In this document: positions 52,298 through 62,800 of the stretch, one piece after another
How the letters are laid out: each line of letters starts with the position of its first letter
How positions within the stretch are numbered: position 1 is the first letter of the stretch
DNA from: Eledone cirrhosa
Lineage: Eukaryota
Length of the DNA: 64,000 bases
NCBI GenBank assembly: GCA_964016885.1
Contig: OZ024740.1
Location: 235,290,001 to 235,354,000, forward strand
Direction: 5' to 3'
Notes under the pieces: generated by a model
Databases searched by the model: none
Told to the model about the DNA's origin: nothing
What the model saw: only the letters and a program-made list of their open reading frames with translations
Position numbers and translations under genes: made by a program

Positions 52298-52646
52298 GTT
52301 CTGTTTGTTGGCCTATTGGATGCCCCTTCATATAAAATACCCCCTGGTTTTACAAGGAATTTTGAGAAAATAAGAATTTTAGTACATTTCTTCATAGATT
52401 TATTTTAAATTGTTTCATTGTTTTTTCAGAAACTCTTATATAAGTTTGACATAATTTTGCTTATATAAATTGTATTGTATGACTTACTGTATTAGTAATA
52501 CTAATAGTAATACAAAGTAAATTCTTGTAACCATGATTGTCCTCACCCTTTGTTTGGCCTCCCATTGGTGATACGGGCATATTGGACACAGAGAGTTTTT
52601 ATGTTTTTTTTTAAAAGTGTGTCTAATAGACCAACAAATATGGTAA
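52298..52646. mobile_element. Tc1/pogo-like MITE nested in a TTAA-family-1 MITE
   Basis: TTTGTTGGCCTATTGGATGC ... GTGTCTAATAGACCAACAAA inverted ends; the host element continues on both sides. Confidence 0.5.
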
Positions 52647-52764
52647 ACTATATTACTAAACCTCTCAAAATTCTTGATTATTTTCAACATATTTGGAAAA
52701 TTATAGGCAGTGTTTTTCATTAACAGTATGGTAACTAAACAGTTAACAACATGCTATTTAAGTT

Positions 52765-53150
52765 ATCAGTACACTGGTGTTACGGTGTCAATTGGCACCA
52801 TACTGATGATTAAATTATTAGGTGACCAGTGTTTAGGTGGTCTGTACACTGGTGTTTAGGTGGTCAGTACACTAGTGTTTACGTTGTCAGTTCACTAGTG
52901 TTTAGATGGTCAGGGCACTAGTGTTTAGGTTGTCAGTTCACTAGTGTTTAGATGGTCAGGGCACTAGTGTTTAGGTGGTCAGTACACTAGTGCTTAGGTT
53001 GACAGTTCACTAGTGTTTAGATGGTCAGGGCACTAGTGTTTAGGTTGTCAGTACACTCTAGTGTTTAAGTTATTAGCACAGTTACATCTGTGTTGTCAGT
53101 ATACTATCCTTTAAGTTGTCAGCACTGTAGCATTTATGTTGTCAGCATAG
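52765..53150. repeat. ~23-bp minisatellite (GTCAGTACACTAGTGTTTAGGTG)
   Basis: Read directly. Confidence 0.8.
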
Positions 53151-53450
53151 TAGAGTACAAGTATTCAATTTGTCAATACATTAGTGTTAACCCTTTTGTT
53201 ACTGTATTTCTAATGATATACACTATGTGTATTATTAATTTAAAAAATTTGAAGAATTTAATGAAATAATTAGCCATTTCTTTAGTAAGTTAATGTTTCA
53301 AACATTACTTAATAAAAATTTCTTAAATAAAGTTATGATGGAAGATTTTAATATAATTATGGATTTTAATGTTCATTTTCTATGCTAGCAAAGATTGGAC
53401 ATGTCTTTACAAACTGAGTCAGCACTCAAGGGCAACTAACCTCTCAGTAG

Positions 53451-53603
53451 CAGAGTGGGATTTATGTATAAGCTAAACAAGCTATAGCTTAGGGCCCCAC
53501 AAAAAACAGCAACAATTTGTCGCTGACATAGGACATCTGGACATATAAAGGGCCCCATTATCTCAAATAGCTTAGGGCCTCATCAAATCTAAATCCGGCC
53601 CTG
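53451..53603. mobile_element. hAT-type MITE with perfect 8-bp TSD
   Basis: CTCAGTAG at 53443-53450 and 53604-53611; TIRs CAGAGTGGGATTTA / TAAATCCGGCCCTG. Confidence 0.85.
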
Positions 53604-53777
53604 CTCAGTAGCCTCACTTGAGTACTGACTCAGGTTGTGAAAACCCATTGAGCCCTTGTTTAGCACAGGGGAAACATATTAAAAATGATGATGATGTGTC
53701 TCATATACTAACTTGCAATAACAAAAATTAAAACACAACTGCTAGAAAAAAGATTGAAGAAATTTTAAAAGAAAATC

Positions 53778-53783
53778 TTTATT
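53778..53783 (-). terminator. Candidate polyadenylation signal of the LRRN gene
   Basis: AATAAA on the minus strand ~200 nt after the stop, followed by T/GT-rich sequence. An alternative AATAAA lies at 53873-53878. Confidence 0.45.
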
Positions 53784-53980
53784 CATATTTTTTTTTGTCA
53801 GATGAAGAAATATTTTGATACATATATTTAGTTACACAGATTGCTTTTTATGGGACATTACAAACAAAACATTTTATTATTGCCTTGATTTATATAGCTT
53901 TGCATTGAAAGTTTTGGAAAATTTGGTGCGTTCTTTAGAAAACATGGGAGTTTTATGAACTTTGGGAAATTTTGAAATGG

Positions 53981-56149
53981 TCAAGCTTGAGAATGTGAAA
54001 TGAGAGATGTCCTTGATGAACAGATTGGTGTACTGGGAGGATGGTAGAGATTTTCCAGAGGAATATGGGACAGAGGCTCAATTCTGTCATGACCAAATGG
54101 TTCTTCATATTCTTTTCTTTTCCGGAAGCGCCTGGCAACTGCAATGAAGCAGATGACAGTAAGTGTAACACTAACTGCCACAATGATTCCCATCACCACT
54201 TTCACATCTACTATTTTGGTAATTCCAGATTTGTCTGCTTCGAGTTTTGTTGTTGCATTTATACAATGAAGTTTCAACAGTTCTGAGTTGGTTCGGTACA
54301 AAATACACAGCTCATACATGGTATGTGGCTTCAACCCTGTTATCGTGCAACGATGCATGCGTGATTTCAGGTAAATAATGCTGTACTGGCTGTCTTTGAC
54401 ACTTTCTCTGTAGTGGATTTGATATCTGTCCAGTAGCATGAGTGATTCACTTCCATTAAGAATAATAGTGATGTAAGTATTGGAAGTCTTGCCAGTTATA
54501 ATGTTTAGCCTACCTGACAAGACTTCAACTGTTGCAGATCTTGTGTCATTACCCTTGAAGTTCTCTGCAACACACTTGTAACTCCCTGAATTGTTGAGAC
54601 GGGCAAATCGGACGTAGTATATAGTATTATTTGTCTCAGTTTGTTTTTCCGGATTAGTTTGGTTATTTTTGGGTCCTTTGACCACTGACCAATGGATGCG
54701 TGGCACAGGTACACCAATAGCTAAACATTCTAGAGAAATTGGTTCCCCTAGAGAGGTTTTAAAGCGTTTTGGAAATGAAGGGAGTGTTGTGGGAGGACAG
54801 AATTTTGGGATTTCTTCTATATGGAGCTCACTCAGCAGTGTTTTGTTCTTTGGGAAATCACAGATGATTTTATTAACATCGTGGAACTGTATTCTGCTTT
54901 TGTTACCAGTGCTAGCTAGTTCCTCTTTGATCCAATGGATATTACAGTCACACCTCAGTGGGTTGTGGTATAAGTGAATGTTAGTGCAATTTGGAAGGCT
55001 TGCTTTTAGCGTGTAAGGTAGTGCCCACAACTTGTTATTGTGCAGATAGAGTTTCTGGAGATTCGGCACCTGGCTGAAGGCATTTGGATGGATGAAGAGC
55101 AAATTTTTATTATCATGCATTTGCAGGATAGTCAGTTTTGACAGGTGATGGAATGAATTATTTTGAATACTTTTCAGAAGGGGTAAAAAACTTAGTGATA
55201 ACTCACGTATGTCGAGATGGTGAAATTCCCCCGAGTGTATAGTTTCAAAAGAGTTTGCATCTAATATCAAGATATCCAGGCTGCGCAAATACCTTACCTC
55301 ATTTGATGGGATGCTAGTAAGTCGGTTATTGGACAGATTTAACACACACAGTTTATTCAATCCCCGGAAAGCGTTTGAGTCTATCATTCTGATTTGGTTG
55401 CCAGTTAAATTGAGTGTTGAAAGAAGTGGCAATTCTCTGAATAAATCATTGCTCAATTTTCTCAGATTGTTCTGTGATATACGCAGCTCATTAACAGACT
55501 TGATTCTCTGAAACCAGTCAGGGTTCACTGAAATTAATCTGTTACCATCTAAATTTAGCACTTGAAGGTTGTTCAGTCCTCCAAATGCATCTTTCCCAAT
55601 TGTATGTAATCGGTTATAAGATAAGTCTAGTACCTTAAGGTTTTTCAGTCCAGTGAAAGCACCATCCTGCAAAGTTTTTAATAAATTATTATGTAAATTT
55701 AATTCTTTCAGTAATTCATAAAAGGAGAACTGCCAGTGATTATTAAATTTGCTAATCTGGCTGGAGGAGAGATCAAGAATTTTTAGATTTTTCAGATGAG
55801 GTAATTCCTGGACAATTTTAAATTTGTTTTTGGACAATAGAAAAGCTTCTGCTAAATTATTGGATATATTTGGCATTGAAACCAAATTGATGTTGCTACA
55901 ATTAATTGTTTTTAGATTCTTATAGTTAGTGTAAGAAACCAATTCACATGTGCAGTTTGTTGCACAGTGTGTTGACCATGGACTTCTTAATGGATTATCT
56001 CGAATTGGCTGCGGATTGGATGCCAGCACTTGATTGCTGGTAATATTCTCACTTTTATTATTGTCTCTATTGTTGGTAATTCCATGGACAGAATTGATAA
56101 TGGCAATGAGTAAGAGCACACCTAGCAGACTGTATACAGGTGACCTCAT
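53981..56149 (-). CDS. LRRN: Leucine-rich repeat neuronal protein (LRRN/NLRR family, LRRN1/2/3-like), 722 aa, single coding exon
   Basis: Signal peptide, LRRNT (CATNCTC), ~12 LRRs, LRRCT (NPLRCDC), Ig (C..W..YKC), FN3 (ITGLKPHTMYELC), TM (VVMGIIVAVSVTLTVICFIAV), basic stop-transfer. Tail motif IPLENLYHPP resembles vertebrate LRRN IPLNELYPP (recalled). Confidence 0.92.
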   Translation of the reverse strand: MRSPVYSLLGVLLLIAIINSVHGITNNRDNNKSENITSNQVLASNPQPIRDNPLRSPWSTHCATNCTCELVSYTNYKNLKTINCSNINLVSMPNISNNLAEAFLLSKNKFKIVQELPHLKNLKILDLSSSQISKFNNHWQFSFYELLKELNLHNNLLKTLQDGAFTGLKNLKVLDLSYNRLHTIGKDAFGGLNNLQVLNLDGNRLISVNPDWFQRIKSVNELRISQNNLRKLSNDLFRELPLLSTLNLTGNQIRMIDSNAFRGLNKLCVLNLSNNRLTSIPSNEVRYLRSLDILILDANSFETIHSGEFHHLDIRELSLSFLPLLKSIQNNSFHHLSKLTILQMHDNKNLLFIHPNAFSQVPNLQKLYLHNNKLWALPYTLKASLPNCTNIHLYHNPLRCDCNIHWIKEELASTGNKSRIQFHDVNKIICDFPKNKTLLSELHIEEIPKFCPPTTLPSFPKRFKTSLGEPISLECLAIGVPVPRIHWSVVKGPKNNQTNPEKQTETNNTIYYVRFARLNNSGSYKCVAENFKGNDTRSATVEVLSGRLNIITGKTSNTYITIILNGSESLMLLDRYQIHYRESVKDSQYSIIYLKSRMHRCTITGLKPHTMYELCILYRTNSELLKLHCINATTKLEADKSGITKIVDVKVVMGIIVAVSVTLTVICFIAVARRFRKRKEYEEPFGHDRIEPLSHIPLENLYHPPSTPICSSRTSLISHSQA

Positions 56150-56294
56150 TCTTCATTCTATGCTGACTTGAAGTGAATTATAAAACCATAAATCGTACAG
56201 TGTTGCATGCTGCTTCTGTTTGGATTACTGCTTCATCATTCCAGGTGAAATATTTCCTCTTGAGCAGTCACCATCTCTTGTAACCATAGAATAT

Positions 56295-56332
56295 CTGTAA
56301 TGAACACAAAGAATAGAAATCAGCAGAGAAAT
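56295..56332 (-). promoter_or_regulatory. Splice acceptor for the LRRN coding exon
   Basis: Minus strand TTTCTCTGCTGATTTCTATTCTTTGTGTTCATTACAG|ATATT, 145 nt upstream of the ATG; implies further non-coding exon(s) to the right. Confidence 0.7.
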
Positions 56333-57394
56333 GGATTACTACATAATTTCTCTGATAGAGATTTTTAACACTTTCATTGCCAACCTGCTCAAAACTGGCT
56401 CTTGGACTAAGATACAAAACCACCAATTTTAAAGGGTTTATATTTAAATTAGAATATTCCAATATTATTTTATATAAGAACCATATGTAAAGTTACTAGC
56501 TTAATAATTAAATAATTCATAAGTTTAGTAAATCACTAAAAATTCTTCATTAAATCACTTAAAATTCTTCATTAATTAATTGAAATAGTGTATTTTATTA
56601 GAAATATGGCCATGTAAGGGTGATCCAAATACACCACATATGTGATGAATTTTTCAAACTGTTCTAGCTATCCCATATTCTTTTCTGGCATATTATATCC
56701 AAAACTGAGTTATACAATATATTTGTTTCTAAAAACAGTTGGTAGATTTAGTTGCTATTGCTGGCAGGCTGGGAAAATCACTTAAAAAACAAACAAGCAT
56801 ATTACACAAAACAACATGGAAAGATAAATAACAACCCAATTACTCGATAAAAATAGCCAACTCAACAGAATATAACTGAACATCAAAAAACTAAATAAGA
56901 AAATATCAAAGACAATAAATCATAGAAAAACATGGCATGAATAACATTGTGGTACAGATAGATACAGGAAACATGCTCTAACTACCTTAGAAACATACTA
57001 ATTCAGTGATACTACAGTATTTGTAATTCTAAATGAGGATATATCAATTCAAAGTGAGAATAACGATTTCTAAATGAGTTCATATTACTTTAAAATTGAC
57101 AATATCATTTCATAGTAAAAATAGCTCATGTCACAATAACAAAACCTAAACTTAATTTAATTAGCCAAGAATACATAACGTATCTTCTTACAGAAAAAAA
57201 TCAGTGGCAGAGTATATTATAAACAAAACAAAAAGACTGCTCCTTTTTAACCAGTCATTATAGCTCATTTTTTAAAATGGAATTATTGCATTGATAAAAT
57301 CTGATGTAATGTGCAGCTTCTAAAACCATTGCATGGATGTATATTTTAGGCAAAGTGTGACATTTAATCCTTTAAGAATTAAACTGCTTATTCT

Positions 57395-57605
57395 TTAACC
57401 CTTTAGTATTTAAACTGGCCGTATCCAGCCAGAATTCTCTTACCTCTTTCTGTTCAAACCAGCTGTAACTGGTCACTCATTGTGATGTTAAGGTATTGTT
57501 CTCAAAATAAATATCAAAATCTCATAGATTCAATTATGTAAAGTAAAGCCTTTACCATGAAAATATAATAGTAAATATAGAGTAATGTAAATACTAAAGG
57601 GTTAA
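57395..57605. mobile_element. TTAA-type MITE family 2, second copy
   Basis: TTAA|CCCTTTAGTATTT ... AAATACTAAAGGG|TTAA, perfect TIRs. Confidence 0.85.
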
Positions 57606-57664
57606 ACAGTGTTTTTATAATGCCTAGACAAACAGCATCAAGTGAATATTGAGCAAAGTATGTA

Positions 57665-57997
57665 GACGCAAATGTTTCCATTGTTTGATCAACTGCACTG
57701 TGTACTCATGAAATTAATGTGTAAGTGGCTGAGTATTCCACAGGCATGTGAACTTGTGTCATAATTCTCAGGGTGATTTAGTATGCCATGCTGTTTAACA
57801 AGGTTGGCCATTTCAATTACTGGTTCAATCCACTGAATGAGCTTCCACACAGTTGCTGTTTACTCAGTTTCACTCACAAGGCTTGGATTGATCAAAGGCT
57901 ATATATGGTAAGTGACAGTTGCCCAATATACCATGCAATGGGATTGAACCCAGAATCCTATGATTCTTAAATAAACTTTTTAATCATTCGGCCATAC
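57665..57997 (-). mobile_element. SINE family A-related copy, decayed
   Basis: 3' body is the reverse complement of 9870-10020; tRNA-like head near 57940-57997. Confidence 0.65.
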
Positions 57998-58019
57998 TGG
58001 GTTCACATAAGAACAATAT

Positions 58020-58470
58020 ACCTTGACTGACATAGTGACACTGGCACATGTTGACAACATGACCTAATACTGTGATACAGGTTCATACTAATGTGACCTA
58101 TTTAACACAGTGATATTGGTATATACTGACATGACCTAATTAATGTTGTGACAATGGTATACAATGTGACCTAATTAACATTGTGATACAGGTACAGTGA
58201 CAATTTGACCTAATTGACATTGTGACACAATTACAGTGACCTATTCAATACTGTGATATAGATATATAGTAATGTGACCCAATTAACACTGATACTGGTA
58301 TACAGTGACAACTTGACCTAATTAATATTGTGACACAGGTACAGAGTGACCTATTTAATACTGTGATATAAATATATAGTGACAATGTGACCCAATTAAT
58401 ACTGTGGTACAGGTATATAGTGACAACATAATCTAATTAATATTGTAATACAGGTATATTCTGACAACTG
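58020..58470. repeat. Degenerate ~35-40-bp minisatellite (TGACCTAATTAACATTGTGATACAGGTA)
   Basis: Read directly. Confidence 0.75.
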
Positions 58471-58521
58471 AACATCTATCACAATATAAATAGGATATTG
58501 AACACTTTGGAAAATATTACA

Positions 58522-59160
58522 TCTATAAAGTTCCTGTCTGTTTGTTTGTTCACAAACTCCTCCTATGGTTTTGGAGATAGACCCCCATAACCATATATAT
58601 TCTGAAACTACATTGCCCAGGGTACTTGGATAAGTATATTTCATTTTAATCAAAGGGTTCCCCAGGGGCACAAACCCCTGCTGAAAATTTTTTCCCTTCA
58701 ATTTATATGAAATTTAAACCATAGGTAAATGACAAGATATGATGCCTATTCACAAAAATTTCAGCAAATTTCAATAATATTAAGACACCCTAATGGGGGT
58801 TAAACCCCTTATTAGGGTTCCCCGGGGGCACAAACCCCCTCTGAAAATTTTTTCCCTTTGATTTATATGAAATTTAAACCATAGGTAAATGACAAGATTT
58901 GATGCCTATTCACAAAAGTTTTGAATTGATATTTTGAAAAAAAATTATTTACAAGAAACAAAATAAGAATAAGATTTAATAATGTAATTTTGATTTGATA
59001 TAAAACAAAAAATAATGTTTTCCAATTTTTCATGCATTGCATTTTGAGTAATATTGAAATGCAGTTTTTCTCCATAAATTATATCACTGATTTAAAATCA
59101 ATCATCATTTTCTCACAAAAAAATGTGTGAAATGCAGCAGGACGCAGGTAATTCGGCTAG
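58522..59160 (+). mobile_element. Second non-autonomous Helitron, with an internal ~110-bp duplication
   Basis: A|TCTATAAAG..TGTCTGTTTGTTTG 5' end; GCAGCAGGACGCAGGTAATTCGGCTAG|T 3' end; 58654-58768 is repeated at ~58815-58920. Confidence 0.65.
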
Positions 59161-59189
59161 TATACTATAAATATATGAAACTATTGAAA

Positions 59190-59900
59190 ATAGGATGTCC
59201 ATTATTCCATAGACCTGATATCCAGCACCTTATATATACTGTTTATGACATATTGTAAATAGGTAGTCAGACACTTTGGAAATAGGACATTCAACATACT
59301 GTACATAGAACTCCAACATACTTTATACATGATATTCAGTTGCCTGGAAATAGGACATCCAGCAGCCTGATACATAGGACATCCTATACTCTGGAAATAG
59401 GACATCTAGCACACGGTAAATAGGACATTCAGAACACAGTACATAGGACATCCAGCAGTCTGGTACATAGGACATCCAGTAGTCTGGAAATAAGACATCC
59501 AACACAGTACACTGGACATCTATCACACTATCCATAGGATACCCAGTACACTGTACATAGGACATCCAGCAGTCTGGTATATAGGACATCCAGGACACTG
59601 TACATAGGACATATAGCGCATTGTAAATAGGAGATAACATTTCTCATAGAATCACATTGTACAGACATAAATATGATATGTGTAAATAAGTAAGCTTTGG
59701 ACAGGTTCAACGTTTAATCAATGGTTAAGCCTTCAATGAATGGTAGATGATTAGACCTTTAATTATTGTTAGAGGGTTAGACTTCAATCAATTTTAGACC
59801 TTCAATAAATGTTAGATGAATAGTCCTCCAATAAATGGTAGTTGGCAAGACCTCCAATCAGTGGTAGATAGACCTTCAATCAATGGTAGATGGTTAGGAA
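59190..59900. repeat. Two degenerate minisatellites: ATAGGACATCCAG units (59190-59640) and GACCTTCAATCAATGGTAGAT units (59700-59900)
   Basis: Read directly. Confidence 0.75.
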
Positions 59901-60074
59901 GAAAACTGCACCCAGTCAAGTGGTCCTCCTCATCATTATCATCGTTTTACGCCTGCTTTTCTATACTTGCATGGGTTGGGTGGGTTTCCCTCCTCAACTT
60001 CCACTCTCATGATGTACCTGCATACAAACATGAAAAGGTGGATATGCTCCAAATCTGCTCTCTCCCCTCTCATA

Positions 60075-60562
60075 ACGTTACTGCCAAGACAAAAAAGCAC
60101 TTTGTCTACCCTGTATGGCAATCTGGTGTCACAACAACAAAAGCAGCCAGTCCATCTTGTAAGGTGGTCATGCTGGTAACATGATAAGAGGCTCTCAGTC
60201 CACCTGTATAGTGGTTGTGCTGGTGTCACAAGAAAAAAAGCATCTAGTCCATGCTGTAAGGTGGTTGTGTTCGTGACAACAAAAAGTGTCCAGGCCACCC
60301 TGTAAGGTGATTGTGCTGGTGACACGACAAAACACACCCAATCCACTCTGTCAGATAGTTGTTTTGGTGCTATGATAAAAAGCACCCACTATACATTGTA
60401 ATATGGTTGGTGTTAGGAAGAGCATCCAGCTGTAGAAACCAAGCCAAAATATAGATTCATGTGAACATGATGTGGTCACCTGACCTGACTTGCCTCATAA
60501 TGTGACAACCCATCTCAACACAGGCATGTGTGGAAAATGGACGTTAAACATTGATGATGATG

Positions 60563-60565
<3 letters not shown>
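60075..60565 (+). mobile_element. RTE 3'-UTR-derived element with tandem subrepeats, followed by (CA)n at 60565-60624
   Basis: Same structure as 19790-20210; ends GGAAAATGGACGTTAAACATTGATGATGATGAT. Confidence 0.7.
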
Positions 60566-60626
<61 letters not shown>

Positions 60627-62019
60627 ATATGTGAACATTAATTTACTCAAGTATGCATTTACACATACACACATGCACGTACATACACATGCCTTTACAA
60701 ATACATATATACAGACACTACCACTCGGATATAATTATATACAAGCACATAGAAACTTGATGTAGCCCAAATAATACTTATAGATATACATTTATACACC
60801 TATGTACATATACATTTTGGCACAAACATTCACACCTGCACACATACACATATATACATAGTAATAATGGTATATATACACATGCACACAAACAAAAATA
60901 TATCCACATGTACTAATTCATGCTCAGACCTGCAAATATTCATCAACACACCTCACACAAGGCTATACACACAGCTATCCATGTATATATAATTATAACT
61001 ATTTTATTACATTTATGTGCATGAATTCAGATATGCATATTCATGCAATCTAGTATAATTACAGCTCAGGTTCAATTCTCAACCATCAGAGAGCTGCATA
61101 TTCTCTACTCTATTAAATCATCTCTCATGATTGTGTATAGTAACCAGCAATTTTATCTCAACATTATCACAACCATCATCTCAGTCATCATCTTCATCAT
61201 TAATATTATCATCAATTTTACAATGATCATCATCATCATCTCAGACCAACCTCCTCTCTTAATTACTGCTCAGATCAATACATTATGCAGCTTTGATGTG
61301 CAATTCTGCACTAAAATGATCAATAGACGTGCATCTTGGTGAATGCACATTGCAGCAAAGTTGTATCTGGCTGTTGTTGCAGTGTGCACTGATGTGGCTT
61401 TGTGTCTGAACAAGTATATGATGGTCTAATGATCTGGCTTAAAAATGATTTTGTAATAGCGCCTGGTAATAGTTGAATCATGATCATTGTGATTGTTGTG
61501 TGATAGTGTCATGATTGACAATCTGGTGATGGTCTTATGATGGTGCAGACTTGGTCATTTAATGATCTATCGACAGACATGAGTAACAATGCACTGATAT
61601 ATATCTTTGCAAACTAATAAAGAAATTAGGGAACATGGCTCAGACATAGTTATCAAGGATTGGGCTTGGAGAGATTACCTCTTCATTAACTTATCAATCT
61701 TGCTTTTATCCAGAATATTCTTGAGAGGAAGTTGATAACCTATAAAAATATGTCCTCAGCTTCATTCACAACCTTCCAGCCATCCAACATCTCAATCATT
61801 TGAAGAAGGATCCTGTCTAAAACATCAAGACCCACTTTTCTTTTCTCGTGGCACACAATCTTATTTTATTAACTGCTTTTTATTGTTGGCACAGAGCATC
61901 ACTAGTTTTCTCAAACTCTAGGTTATCAAAATATAAAGATGTGTATATGTATAAAATACTTGTAGAAATTGTTCCTTATAGTAATGATTTTTAGTATAAG
62001 CAAAAGGTCACATATTTGC

Positions 62020-62800
62020 ATGAGTTGATTAGAGCAATTCAATATTTAACTGGTATTTACTTTAATGAACATAGAAAAACTAAAGGCAAAATTCACTCAG
62101 ATAGGAATTAAATTCAGAATGTAATTCAATATATCAAAGTATTTCGTTCAATGTTCTATCAGTTCTACAAATACAATTCCATTGTTTTCTAGGATAATGG
62201 TTTTTAGTTTAGGCACAGAGCCAGCAATTTTTTGTGGATTGGGGGTGGGGGCATTGATTACATTGACACTAGTACTTGGCTGGTTCTTTATTTATCAACC
62301 TCAAAATGATGGAAAGCAAAGTTGAACTCAGAATGGATGGAAGAAACTTGAACAAATATTGTCCACTTGCTAATGATTCTATAAACTTACCACCCTTCCT
62401 TCAGAAATAATTGTTTCTACTTTTGACACAAGGCCAGCAATTATCCCAGTGCATTACTGGTACTTTATTTTATCGACCCCATAAGGATGAAAGGCAAAGT
62501 TAACCTCGGCAAGATTTGAAATCAGACTGTAAAGGGCCGTAACTCTATACTGCATAGCATGGCGCCCGACTCTCTACTGATACTGCCAATCCACCACCCT
62601 GCAGAAATAAAGATTTCTAATTTAAGCACAACGCCAACAATTTTCAGGGGAAGGGAAAGTTGATAACATCGACTCCAGTGTACTACTGGTACTTTATTTT
62701 ATTGTCCCCCGTAAGGACAAAAAGCAAAGATAACCTCACTAGGATTTGAACTCAGAAAGTAAAGTGATTTCTAATTTAGGTACAAAGCCAGCAACTTGTT
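62020..62800 (-). mobile_element. Head-to-tail cluster of SINE family B copies
   Basis: GCACAAGGCCAGCAA-like tail starts at ~62212, 62426, 62626 and 62779; GGCAAAGTT.ACCTC..GATTTGAA core repeated. Confidence 0.7.

Noticed and set aside
54041-55511. Short ORFs overlapping the LRRN CDS
   Set aside because: Antisense or alternate-frame shadows of the real gene.
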